A stretch of 35,979 nt of DNA, taken from an uncultured Clavibacter sp. (GTDB lineage Bacteria > Actinomycetota > Actinomycetes > Nanopelagicales > Nanopelagicaceae). The notes below the pieces were generated by a model. The model did not search any database and was not told the DNA's origin. It saw only the letters and a list, made by a program, of their open reading frames with translations. Of the stretch, positions 27,719 to 35,588 are shown in pieces. The DNA is taken from positions 1 through 35,979 of the forward strand of contig CAZZMU010000001.1 in NCBI GenBank assembly GCA_964655345.1, in the 5' to 3' direction. Both the position numbers and the translations under genes were made by a program. How positions within the stretch are numbered: position 1 is the stretch's first letter; every line of letters begins with the position of its first letter.

Positions 27719-28353
27719 ACGTACGAAAATTGTCATTCGAGTTTTTCGGTACCGCAACTTTGCTTATTGCTGTTGTTGGTTCATCTTTTATGGCTTCATA
27801 CCTCAAGGCGGATTGGGCTTTGGGATTATTGATTAATGCTTCGGTGACGGCTTCCGTATTGGCAATTATTATTAAAGTCGGCGCGCCCATAAGCGGTGCT
27901 CATTTCAACCCCGTCGTATCGCTGACATCGTGGTTGCTGAAGAAATCCACTTTTGGACAATTTATTTCATATTCTGTCGCACAAGTTGTAGGTGCTGTTA
28001 TCGGTGTACTTATAGCCAATGCAATGTTTTCATCTGACTTTATTGGCTCAAGTTCAATGCAACGAAGTGGCACCGGACTGTTTATAGGAGAGATTGTCGC
28101 AACCATCGGTCTGGTTTATCTCGCACTTTCATCGAATGAAAAGAGCGCATGGAAGCTCATTCCACTCTGGATTTTTGCGGCTTACTTCTTCACCTCGTCA
28201 ACATCTTTTGCTAATCCCGCTGTCACAATCTCGCGAGTGCTCACCGAAGCTCCAGCTGGAATCGAACTTAGCTCTGTCGGCGCATTTATCCTTGCTCAAA
28301 TCATTGGTGCGCTGATTGCACTTGTTTTATGGAAAGCTGAGAAAAATGACTAA
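27715..28353 (+). CDS. MIP/aquaporin family channel (AqpS-like)
   Basis: 212 aa, 6 TM segments. SGAHFNPVVSL and FANPAVTISR are the two NPx half-helix motifs. ATGA overlap with the permease and an 8-nt overlap with arsC. Confidence 0.85.
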   Translation: MNVRKLSFEFFGTATLLIAVVGSSFMASYLKADWALGLLINASVTASVLAIIIKVGAPISGAHFNPVVSLTSWLLKKSTFGQFISYSVAQVVGAVIGVLIANAMFSSDFIGSSSMQRSGTGLFIGEIVATIGLVYLALSSNEKSAWKLIPLWIFAAYFFTSSTSFANPAVTISRVLTEAPAGIELSSVGAFILAQIIGALIALVLWKAEKND

Positions 28354-28741
28354 GCGATCGTCTGTACTTTTTGTATGCGTTCATAATGCGGGTCGTTCTC
28401 AAATGGCGGCGGCATATTTGACTCACTTTGCCGGAGATTGGGTGGAGGTACGAAGTGCTGGATCTGCCCCCGCTAGTTCGATTAACCCCGCGGTTGTAGC
28501 GGCTATGTTGGAAGAAGGAATCGACATCAGCAAGGAAATTCCCAAGGTACTTACGACGTCGGCGGTCGAACAATCCGATGTCGTCATCACTATGGGTTGT
28601 GGAGATGCATGTCCTTTCTTCCCAGGAAAGCGATATTTGGATTGGAAATTGAATGACCCTGCTGGACAAGGCGTTGATGCGGTCCGGCCCATACGCGATG
28701 AGATCAAGTCGCTAGTAAAGGAACTCATCACAACTCTCTAG
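28346..28741 (+). CDS. arsC: arsenate reductase, LMW-PTPase family
   Basis: VLFVCVHNAGRSQMAAAYL (CX5R(S) P-loop) and ITMGCGDACP. Start set at ATG 28346 (MTKRSSVLF...). Confidence 0.85.
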   Translation: MTKRSSVLFVCVHNAGRSQMAAAYLTHFAGDWVEVRSAGSAPASSINPAVVAAMLEEGIDISKEIPKVLTTSAVEQSDVVITMGCGDACPFFPGKRYLDWKLNDPAGQGVDAVRPIRDEIKSLVKELITTL

Positions 28742-28752
28742 AATCACTACTT

Positions 28753-29241
28753 ATGGATGGCGTCCTAGAAAAAGCTGCTGTGCAACGTGCACAAGCAGCG
28801 CTCAACAAAAATCAGATGCCCGGAAAAATTACAGTGCTCGCCGACAGCGCTCGTACTGCAGCTGATGCCGCAGCCGCACTAGGAATCCAGGTTGGACAAA
28901 TTGCATCCTCCCTTGTCTTTAAGCTTCCAGACGAAACTGCGTTACTTGTCATAACTTCTGGTCGTCACCGCGTTGATACTGCAATGGTTGCTTCACTTCT
29001 TGGTGTTGAGTCATTGGGGCGCGCTGACGCAGATTACGTGAAAGAAGTTTCAGGTTATTCCGTTGGCGGCGTCGCTCCAGTTGGATGGGTCAATCTCCCC
29101 CATACGACTCTGATAGATGAAGCGCTCAATGAATATGACATTGTCTGGGCCGCAGCCGGACATCCGCACGCGGTCTTTCCCACGAGCTTTTCGGAACTAC
29201 AACGAGCAACAGGTGCCACGCCCACAAAAGTTGGCGATTAG
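28753..29241 (+). CDS. YbaK/EbsC/ProX-type aminoacyl-tRNA deacylase domain protein
   Basis: 162 aa. ...IASSLVFKL... and SGYSVGGVAPVG resemble the YbaK-family editing-domain core. Confidence 0.7.
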   Translation: MDGVLEKAAVQRAQAALNKNQMPGKITVLADSARTAADAAAALGIQVGQIASSLVFKLPDETALLVITSGRHRVDTAMVASLLGVESLGRADADYVKEVSGYSVGGVAPVGWVNLPHTTLIDEALNEYDIVWAAAGHPHAVFPTSFSELQRATGATPTKVGD

Positions 29242-30033
29242 ATGTATCCACTTCATCACGAAATATCTGGAACTGGAGAACCGCTAGTTCTCATTCATGG
29301 AATGGGATCAGCTAGTACCGCCTGGAAACCTATCCGGTATGAATTGAATCAAGATTTCACAGTCATCACTGTTGATTTACCTGGCCATGGAAAAACTCCC
29401 TATGTCAAAGGCCAACCTATGGATCCACATTCATTGGGAACTTATGTTCTTGAGCAATTGAATACATTAGGGATTGATCGATTTCATCTTGCTGGTAATT
29501 CACTTGGTGGTTGGGTCTCATTAGAGATGAGCAGCGCTGCACCAGATCGAGTTCGCTCACTCATCGGAATCGCTCCGGCAGGCTTATGGCTCAACCCATA
29601 TAACGCTCGCTACCCTGGCACAGCGGTCGCTCGCTTTCTTGCGCGTTACACAGCGAAGTTGGCGCCGACTGCACTTCACTTTGAAGCGGCCCGCAAATTA
29701 GGTTTTTTTGATGTAAGTCCACGATGGAAAGATTTCAGTTATGAACTCTGTCTTGATGCGACGATGGCCATGTCGACGGCAGAAGGTTATTACCCAGCTT
29801 GGGATGGAATGTTGATGAAACGTTTCGATAGCTTCATTCCTGACAAAATTCCGGTGACAATAATTTTTGGTGATACAGATCGGACGCTTCCTGCAACAAC
29901 GTGCCAAGAGCGTTCGGTTGCACCTAACCACGCGAAGTGGATCATCTTTCCCAACACTGGACATGCACCAATGTGGGATTCTCCTTTAGATGTCATTGAT
30001 GAAATTAAGAAGACAGTCGCACTCGCCTCATGA
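29242..30033 (+). CDS. alpha/beta-fold hydrolase
   Basis: PLVLIHGMGSAS, the nucleophile elbow GNSLGG, and C-terminal GHAPMWDSP. Confidence 0.8.
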   Translation: MYPLHHEISGTGEPLVLIHGMGSASTAWKPIRYELNQDFTVITVDLPGHGKTPYVKGQPMDPHSLGTYVLEQLNTLGIDRFHLAGNSLGGWVSLEMSSAAPDRVRSLIGIAPAGLWLNPYNARYPGTAVARFLARYTAKLAPTALHFEAARKLGFFDVSPRWKDFSYELCLDATMAMSTAEGYYPAWDGMLMKRFDSFIPDKIPVTIIFGDTDRTLPATTCQERSVAPNHAKWIIFPNTGHAPMWDSPLDVIDEIKKTVALAS

Positions 30034-30695
30034 TTCAGATTTATTTCTGGAAAATCCGTCGTCGCCACATTCCCTGGGCGATCGCACGAATGGCACTTGA
30101 TCGAATAACTCTGTGGCGGATGGAAAGTATTTCCTTTTGGAAATTGTTAGGTGCTGGCAAAGGCGAAACTTTTACACCACGCGATGCTGATCCAGTTCGG
30201 TGGGGACTTCTCATTGTCACCAAACAGGGAAGTGGCTCCGATATTCGCGAATCCGCGATAGTTAAACGATGGCGAGCAAAAGCGCTTTCGGAATTCTCTG
30301 CAGACTTAGCTCCGATTTCGATTCATGGATTGTGGTCAAGAAAAGAACCTTTTGCTGGAATTGACAGTGCGGATATGAATTGGAGCGGTACTATCGCTGC
30401 GATTACTCGTGCGCGAATTAAATGGCGTAAAAACTTGATTTTCTGGCGATCAGTACCGCCAGTTACCGCAAGTCTCCACAATTCCAATGGTCTGATTGCC
30501 GCAATCGGGATTGGAGAAGCGCCAATCGGACTTCAGGGAACTTTCTCTTTATGGAGTTCTGCAGATGCCGTTCGCCAATTCGCTTATCGAGGTGAGGCCC
30601 ATAAAGCAGCTATCGCTGCGACCCATCGTGAAAAATGGTACGCGGAGGAGATGTTCGCTCGCTTTGCGGTCACTCGTAGTTCAGGAGATTTGTAA
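30030..30695 (+). CDS. CrtA-like (spheroidene monooxygenase family) protein
   Basis: 221 aa. FWKLLGAGKGETFTPRDADPVRWGLL resembles the conserved FWKL-G-G-G-GFTP block that I recall from CrtA-type carotenoid oxygenases. It lies directly upstream of carotenoid genes. Memory-based call. Confidence 0.5.
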   Translation: MIQIYFWKIRRRHIPWAIARMALDRITLWRMESISFWKLLGAGKGETFTPRDADPVRWGLLIVTKQGSGSDIRESAIVKRWRAKALSEFSADLAPISIHGLWSRKEPFAGIDSADMNWSGTIAAITRARIKWRKNLIFWRSVPPVTASLHNSNGLIAAIGIGEAPIGLQGTFSLWSSADAVRQFAYRGEAHKAAIAATHREKWYAEEMFARFAVTRSSGDL

Positions 30696-30709
30696 GGCAC
30701 AATTGCCTT

Positions 30710-31516
30710 ATGTCGATTCGCAACTACCGACCTCGGCGTGATGCACGACGCTCTATTTCTCCAACAAAAAATTTCCTGCTAATCACCGTCTTAACAGTTG
30801 CACTTGCGCTACAAATTTCTTATCCACTTGCCGAAGGCGAAACTCTTCGACTCGTAACGATAGCTACCGTGTATTGGGCGGCAGGAGCAATGTTGCTCCA
30901 TGCCCTCTTCGCATATGGATGGAACTATGCGCTGAGATTTCTGTTCATCACATTCCTTTATGCACTCTTAATTGAACAAATCGGAATGCGCACAACATGG
31001 CCGTTCGGAAGCTATGAATATTCGCCAACCTTGGGTTATCAGATTTACGGTGTTCCGCTTGTCGTGCCTTTTGCTTGGGTGATGATGGCCCATCCAATTT
31101 TCATTGCGGCGCGCAGGCTGGCACCGAAATTGGTATTCCTTGTCGGTGGTTATGGATTAATGGCATGGGATTTATTCCTCGATCCACAGATGGTTTCAGC
31201 AAGTCGGTGGACGTGGGAGATTTCTGGAAGAACAGTTCCATTCCAACCAGAAATACCGCTCTCTAATGCCTTTGGTTGGTTGCTCGCAGGAATGGGTTTA
31301 ATGGCGTTACTCAACATCGCTCTGCCAAAAGAACGTCGCTCTCTTGGTTACAGCAGAGCCGTTCCAGAATTCTTTCTAGCTTGGACCTGGATTGGTGGCG
31401 TGATTGCGAATCTATTTTATTTTGATCGCCCCGGAGTCGCTTTCATTGGTGGAATATCTCTTGGCTTGATTGTCATTAGCTATTTTATTTCCGTGAAGTT
31501 TGGCCGTCGAGACTAA
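30710..31516 (+). CDS. carotenoid biosynthesis membrane protein (CruF-like, Caroten_synth/DUF422 family)
   Basis: 268 aa polytopic protein. WPFGSYEYSPTLGYQIYGVPLVVPFAWVMM resembles the family core. Flanked by GT2 and CrtI-family genes. Confidence 0.5.
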   Translation: MSIRNYRPRRDARRSISPTKNFLLITVLTVALALQISYPLAEGETLRLVTIATVYWAAGAMLLHALFAYGWNYALRFLFITFLYALLIEQIGMRTTWPFGSYEYSPTLGYQIYGVPLVVPFAWVMMAHPIFIAARRLAPKLVFLVGGYGLMAWDLFLDPQMVSASRWTWEISGRTVPFQPEIPLSNAFGWLLAGMGLMALLNIALPKERRSLGYSRAVPEFFLAWTWIGGVIANLFYFDRPGVAFIGGISLGLIVISYFISVKFGRRD

Positions 31517-32607
31517 TGCTTGATTGGGCTCAAGGGATTTCTTCGCTACTTGTTTTGTTTATAGCCGGAATCTGCCTCTCCAATCTTCTGCTGGTGAGGC
31601 GCATTTCAGCCCAAAATCTTGAGGATGTAACTTCCTCAGTTTCGATTCTAGTTCCGCTGCGAAATGAAGCCACAAACGCGAGTGAAGTAATCGAGAGTCT
31701 CCTACATCAGAACCGCCTGAATGATTATGAGGTGATTGCACTTAATGACGGATCTGACGATGGCACCGAAAAAATACTTCAAAGCATTTCTCATCCGCGA
31801 TTTAGTTACATTGATGGCGAGCAGTTACCTGATGGATGGCTGGGAAAGAATTTTGCCTGTCACCAACTCGCATTGAGATCTCATGGTGAGATATTGGTTT
31901 TTGTTGATGCTGATGTCCGTCTCCATCCTCTAGCAGTGAATTCTTCCATTCATTCTATGAATCGATGGAAGTGGAGTTTTATCTCTCCATATCCACGACA
32001 AATAGCAATCTCATTTATCGAGCGCTTAGCTCAACCTCTTCTGCAGTGGTCGTGGTTTTCAACTCTGCCACTTCGTCTAGCTGAGAATCTAAGAAAGCCA
32101 TCAATGATTGTCGCTAATGGCCAATTTTTTATAGTTGCTAAGGCGGCTTACATTAAGTCAGGAGGACACGAGTCAATCAAGAATGAGGTCTTAGATGATC
32201 TAGAACTCGCTCGCTCCCTGATCAAGTCTGGCTTTAAGGGCCATGTAGCCGAAGCATCAGCGATTGCAGAATGTCGAATGTACTCGCAGCCAAAAGAACT
32301 CTTTGAAGGTTATTCGAAGTCGCAATGGCGTGCATTCGGAAATCCACTTGGCGCATTATTTGCTTCCCTACTCCTAATACTCACGTCAATTTACCCACTA
32401 CTTTCAGGACTTTCGGGAAACCTCAATGGTTGGTTCGGTTACTTTGCCGTAGTAGGAACTCGAATTCTTGTAGGCGTGAAAACTCGATCGACGTTAAGCA
32501 CCGCTTTTCTGCATCCATTCAGTGCAGCTCTCTGGATTTTCCTCATCGCTCTTTCGTGGTACCGGAAGATGAATGGAACTCTTCAGTGGCGAGGCAGAAC
32601 GGTATGA
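31516..32607 (+). CDS. family 2 glycosyltransferase (membrane-anchored)
   Basis: SILVPLRNEA...YEVIALNDGSDDGT and VFVDADVRL (DxD), with C-terminal TM segments. Confidence 0.8.
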   Translation: MLDWAQGISSLLVLFIAGICLSNLLLVRRISAQNLEDVTSSVSILVPLRNEATNASEVIESLLHQNRLNDYEVIALNDGSDDGTEKILQSISHPRFSYIDGEQLPDGWLGKNFACHQLALRSHGEILVFVDADVRLHPLAVNSSIHSMNRWKWSFISPYPRQIAISFIERLAQPLLQWSWFSTLPLRLAENLRKPSMIVANGQFFIVAKAAYIKSGGHESIKNEVLDDLELARSLIKSGFKGHVAEASAIAECRMYSQPKELFEGYSKSQWRAFGNPLGALFASLLLILTSIYPLLSGLSGNLNGWFGYFAVVGTRILVGVKTRSTLSTAFLHPFSAALWIFLIALSWYRKMNGTLQWRGRTV

Positions 32608-34124
32608 GCCATCACCGGCCAACGAAATCACCTAAGAAGATCGTCATCGTGGGCGCAGGAATGGGCGGACTTGCGACTGCGGCTCGCTTAGCGAAAAAAG
32701 GTCATAGCGTCTCAATTTTTGAAGCCTCAAGTTTTGCTGGCGGAAAATGTCGGACAGAGAACTTTGCTGGTTACACATTCGATACTGGTCCATCGCTTCT
32801 AACGTTACCCGCGGTCTATCGAGATCTATTTTTAAAAACTGGCACGAGACTTGAACACGTTCTCAAACTTCAGCCAGTAGATCCAGCGTTTACATATATA
32901 TTCCATGATGGTACAAAGATAGTTTTTCCCAATCTCTCTCACAACGGTACGGTTTCGGCGATATCGGAAGTTTTGGGAGAAGAAGCGGGACGCAATTGGC
33001 ACGCATTGCTTCAACGCGCTGAATCGATGTGGGAAGCTTCGCGAGAATCTTTCATCGAGGGTGAGTTACGGTCTCCCCTCCAATTCTTGCAGCGACCTAC
33101 ATTCATAAAAGATTTGAAGACTATTGCTCCATTTAAGTCACTCAGAGCTCTTACCGCTACCTATACGAAGAATCCTTATCTGCGAAAAATTATCGAGAGA
33201 TATGCAACGTACACTGGTTCAGATCCCAGAAAAGTTCCAGCTGTGTTATTGACCATTGCTTTCGTTGAAGAGGCGTTTGGCGCGTGGCATATCGAAGGAG
33301 GGCTGGGACGGCTGCCTATCGCGCTTGAAGAACGTATCCGAAATCTTGGTGTAGATCTTCATCTGAATACAAGAGTGAAAAAGATTATTGTTGAAAATGG
33401 CATTACTTCGGGGATTGAATTATCTAACGGTGATGTGATTTCAGCCGATATCGTTATTGCTAATGCTGACGCTCATTTAGTCTATAACCAGCTTGTTGAC
33501 CCACTACCTCAAACTAGATCGCCACGTCGTTCCCTTTCTAAATCTACTCCCTCACTATCAGGGTTCAGTCTGCTACTAGGCTTAAAAGGAAAGTCCGATC
33601 TCAATCATCACACAGTTTATTTCCCTGAGAACTATGACGATGAGTTCGATGCAATTTTTGAGAGAAAAGAGCCGGTGCCAGATCCAGCCATCTATATCTG
33701 CAATCCTCACGATAACGCCATGAGGCCTGATGACGAACATGAAAGTTGGTTTGTTTTAATAAATACGCCTCGACATGAACCGCTCCATGGTTGTGATTGG
33801 ACAAAACCAGGATTGAAGGAAACTTATGCAGAACACATCATTGATTTACTAGAGAAGAAGGGATTAGAGATTCGCTCCAGGTTGGAAGTTTGTGAGATTC
33901 GAACTCCCGCAGATTTAGAAAGTAGTACTAATGCCCCAGGTGGGTCTATTTACGGAACCTCTAGCAATGGTGTTCGCTCAGCCTTCCTGCGCGCAAAAAA
34001 TAGGTCACCGATAAGGAATTTATACTGTGTAGGAGGTTCTGCTCACCCAGGTGGCGGATTACCACTAGTGGGAATTAGCGCTGAGATTGTCGCAGTAGCG
34101 GTCGAAGAAAGCGTAGAACTGTAA
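32604..34124 (+). CDS. phytoene desaturase (CrtI) family FAD oxidoreductase, CrtD-like by context
   Basis: Start at ATG 32604 (MSHHRPTKSPKKIVIVGAGMGGLATAARLAKKGHSVSIFEASSFAGGK, a dinucleotide-binding fold). C-terminal NLYCVGGSAHPGGGLPLVGISAE is the bacterial-type phytoene desaturase signature. The 93-codon upstream extension in the ORF track overlaps the GT2 gene. Confidence 0.85.
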   Translation: MSHHRPTKSPKKIVIVGAGMGGLATAARLAKKGHSVSIFEASSFAGGKCRTENFAGYTFDTGPSLLTLPAVYRDLFLKTGTRLEHVLKLQPVDPAFTYIFHDGTKIVFPNLSHNGTVSAISEVLGEEAGRNWHALLQRAESMWEASRESFIEGELRSPLQFLQRPTFIKDLKTIAPFKSLRALTATYTKNPYLRKIIERYATYTGSDPRKVPAVLLTIAFVEEAFGAWHIEGGLGRLPIALEERIRNLGVDLHLNTRVKKIIVENGITSGIELSNGDVISADIVIANADAHLVYNQLVDPLPQTRSPRRSLSKSTPSLSGFSLLLGLKGKSDLNHHTVYFPENYDDEFDAIFERKEPVPDPAIYICNPHDNAMRPDDEHESWFVLINTPRHEPLHGCDWTKPGLKETYAEHIIDLLEKKGLEIRSRLEVCEIRTPADLESSTNAPGGSIYGTSSNGVRSAFLRAKNRSPIRNLYCVGGSAHPGGGLPLVGISAEIVAVAVEESVEL

Positions 34125-34716
34125 AAACTGAGATAACTTGTATAGCAGCCCAGATAATGGAAACTGATTCTGCTATTTGAATATCAAAACTTCGACCTAT
34201 CAAGACGATAAAAATCATGCTAGCTCGGATTGGTCTTTCAGAAATTGTCACAACTCCAATTTCATGAACTCCAAGACCGCCAGCACGAGCTCGCAAATAT
34301 TCCTGAGTAAATGAAGCCACCCATGCAATCAATACCCAGATCAATGGCGCACCAAGTTGATACAGACCAATAACCCATAGCGCCTCTACGACTCGATCAA
34401 CTATGGAATCCAGAGCGGCGCCAAATCGAGTGATTCGATGAGAAATTATCGCTAAAGTCCCATCAAGGCCGTCTGCCATAAGTGATAACACTAAGAAAGC
34501 AATAGCCCAGTCCGTGGCGATGTAATTCAGATACAGGGCAGCAAATATCAGCGACAGCAGCGTGAGTGAATTAGGAGTGAGCCGTAATTTAAGGAGGATC
34601 CGACAAGTCTTATAACTTACTGTGAGCCAGGCGCGGACTACCCCAGTAATTTTCGCATTACCGTGTAGTGAACTCCATTGCTGAAAAAAATCACTTCGAT
34701 TCATCACTTGCTTCAT
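34075..34716 (-). CDS. CDP-alcohol phosphatidyltransferase family protein
   Basis: 213 aa membrane protein. ADGLDGTLAIISHRITRFGAALDSIVDRV fits D-G-x2-A-x8-G-x3-D-x3-D. ATGA overlap with metF. Confidence 0.75.
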   Translation of the reverse strand: MKQVMNRSDFFQQWSSLHGNAKITGVVRAWLTVSYKTCRILLKLRLTPNSLTLLSLIFAALYLNYIATDWAIAFLVLSLMADGLDGTLAIISHRITRFGAALDSIVDRVVEALWVIGLYQLGAPLIWVLIAWVASFTQEYLRARAGGLGVHEIGVVTISERPIRASMIFIVLIGRSFDIQIAESVSIIWAAIQVISVFTVLRFLRPLLRQSQR

Positions 34717-35564
34717 GGTCTAAGTCCGATGCGTTTCACAATTTCTAGCGTCGATTTCGCTGAGTTCATTGTGTAGAAATGTATTCCAGGAACTCCAAAA
34801 TCCAGGAGCTCAGAGCACAAGGAAGCAGCCACCTCGATACCGATCTCACGAACTTTCTGTGGATCATTCTCGACAGAACCAATCCGATCTTCTATTTCGG
34901 AAGGAATGGGTGTTCCAGAAAGTTCCGCCATTCTTTTCAGTTGCAATACGTTTGTAATCGGAAGTACACCGGGATATATCGAGAGGCGCGAACCACGTTC
35001 TTGTAATTGCCTCACCAGATGGAAATACCGTTCCGCCTTGAAGAAGAATTGAGTGGTCGCAAAAGTTGCGCCTCGGCGTTCTTTCTCGAGAAGGACATCG
35101 ATATCTTGTTTGAAATTTCCTAGCGATGCTGGGTGTCCATCAGGAAACGCTGCAACACCAACCTCAAAACCTTCAGTGGCTGCCAAAGAAACAAGTTCAT
35201 CAGAATGATTAAAGCCATCAGTTGTGTGAACCCATGGAGCACGCGGGCCACCTTGAGGATCGCCACGAAGTGCAAGAATTGATTTGATTCCTGATGACGC
35301 GTACTGATTCAAAATATTCTTTAATTCAATTTTGCTCGAACCAACACAAGTTAAGTGAGCAATGGTGGGAATACCTGTGCGTGAGGTTACTTCGGTAGTA
35401 CATCTAATTGTTCGATCACGAGAAGATCCCCCGGCGCCGTATGTCACAGAGACGAAATCAGGCGCCGCCTCATTGAGAGCAGCAACAGCGTTCCATAAGC
35501 GAGTTTCGCCCACTTCATCTTTGGGCGGAAAGAACTCGACTGAGAATGTGGGCGCGCTAGACAT
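34713..35564 (-). CDS. metF: methylenetetrahydrofolate reductase
   Basis: FSVEFFPPK, VTYGAGGSSR, AHLTC and LALRGD motifs. Start set at ATG 35564 (MSSAPTFSVEFFPPK). The TTG at 35600 would overlap the divergent gene. Confidence 0.88.
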   Translation of the reverse strand: MSSAPTFSVEFFPPKDEVGETRLWNAVAALNEAAPDFVSVTYGAGGSSRDRTIRCTTEVTSRTGIPTIAHLTCVGSSKIELKNILNQYASSGIKSILALRGDPQGGPRAPWVHTTDGFNHSDELVSLAATEGFEVGVAAFPDGHPASLGNFKQDIDVLLEKERRGATFATTQFFFKAERYFHLVRQLQERGSRLSIYPGVLPITNVLQLKRMAELSGTPIPSEIEDRIGSVENDPQKVREIGIEVAASLCSELLDFGVPGIHFYTMNSAKSTLEIVKRIGLRP

Positions 35565-35588
35565 ATAGCGGGAGGGTACCGTTGCGCC

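Noticed and set aside
32325-32603. 93-codon N-terminal extension of the CrtD-like ORF
   Set aside because: It overlaps the 3' end of the GT2 gene in another frame and is Cys/Arg/Ser-rich. The Rossmann fold begins right after the internal ATG at 32604, which forms an ATGA junction with the GT2 stop.
19467-34716. The accessory block as a mobile genomic island or prophage remnant
   Set aside because: I found no integrase, recombinase or transposase, no tRNA/tmRNA attachment site, no terminal direct or inverted repeats, and no phage-like genes. I keep it only as a synteny-break observation.
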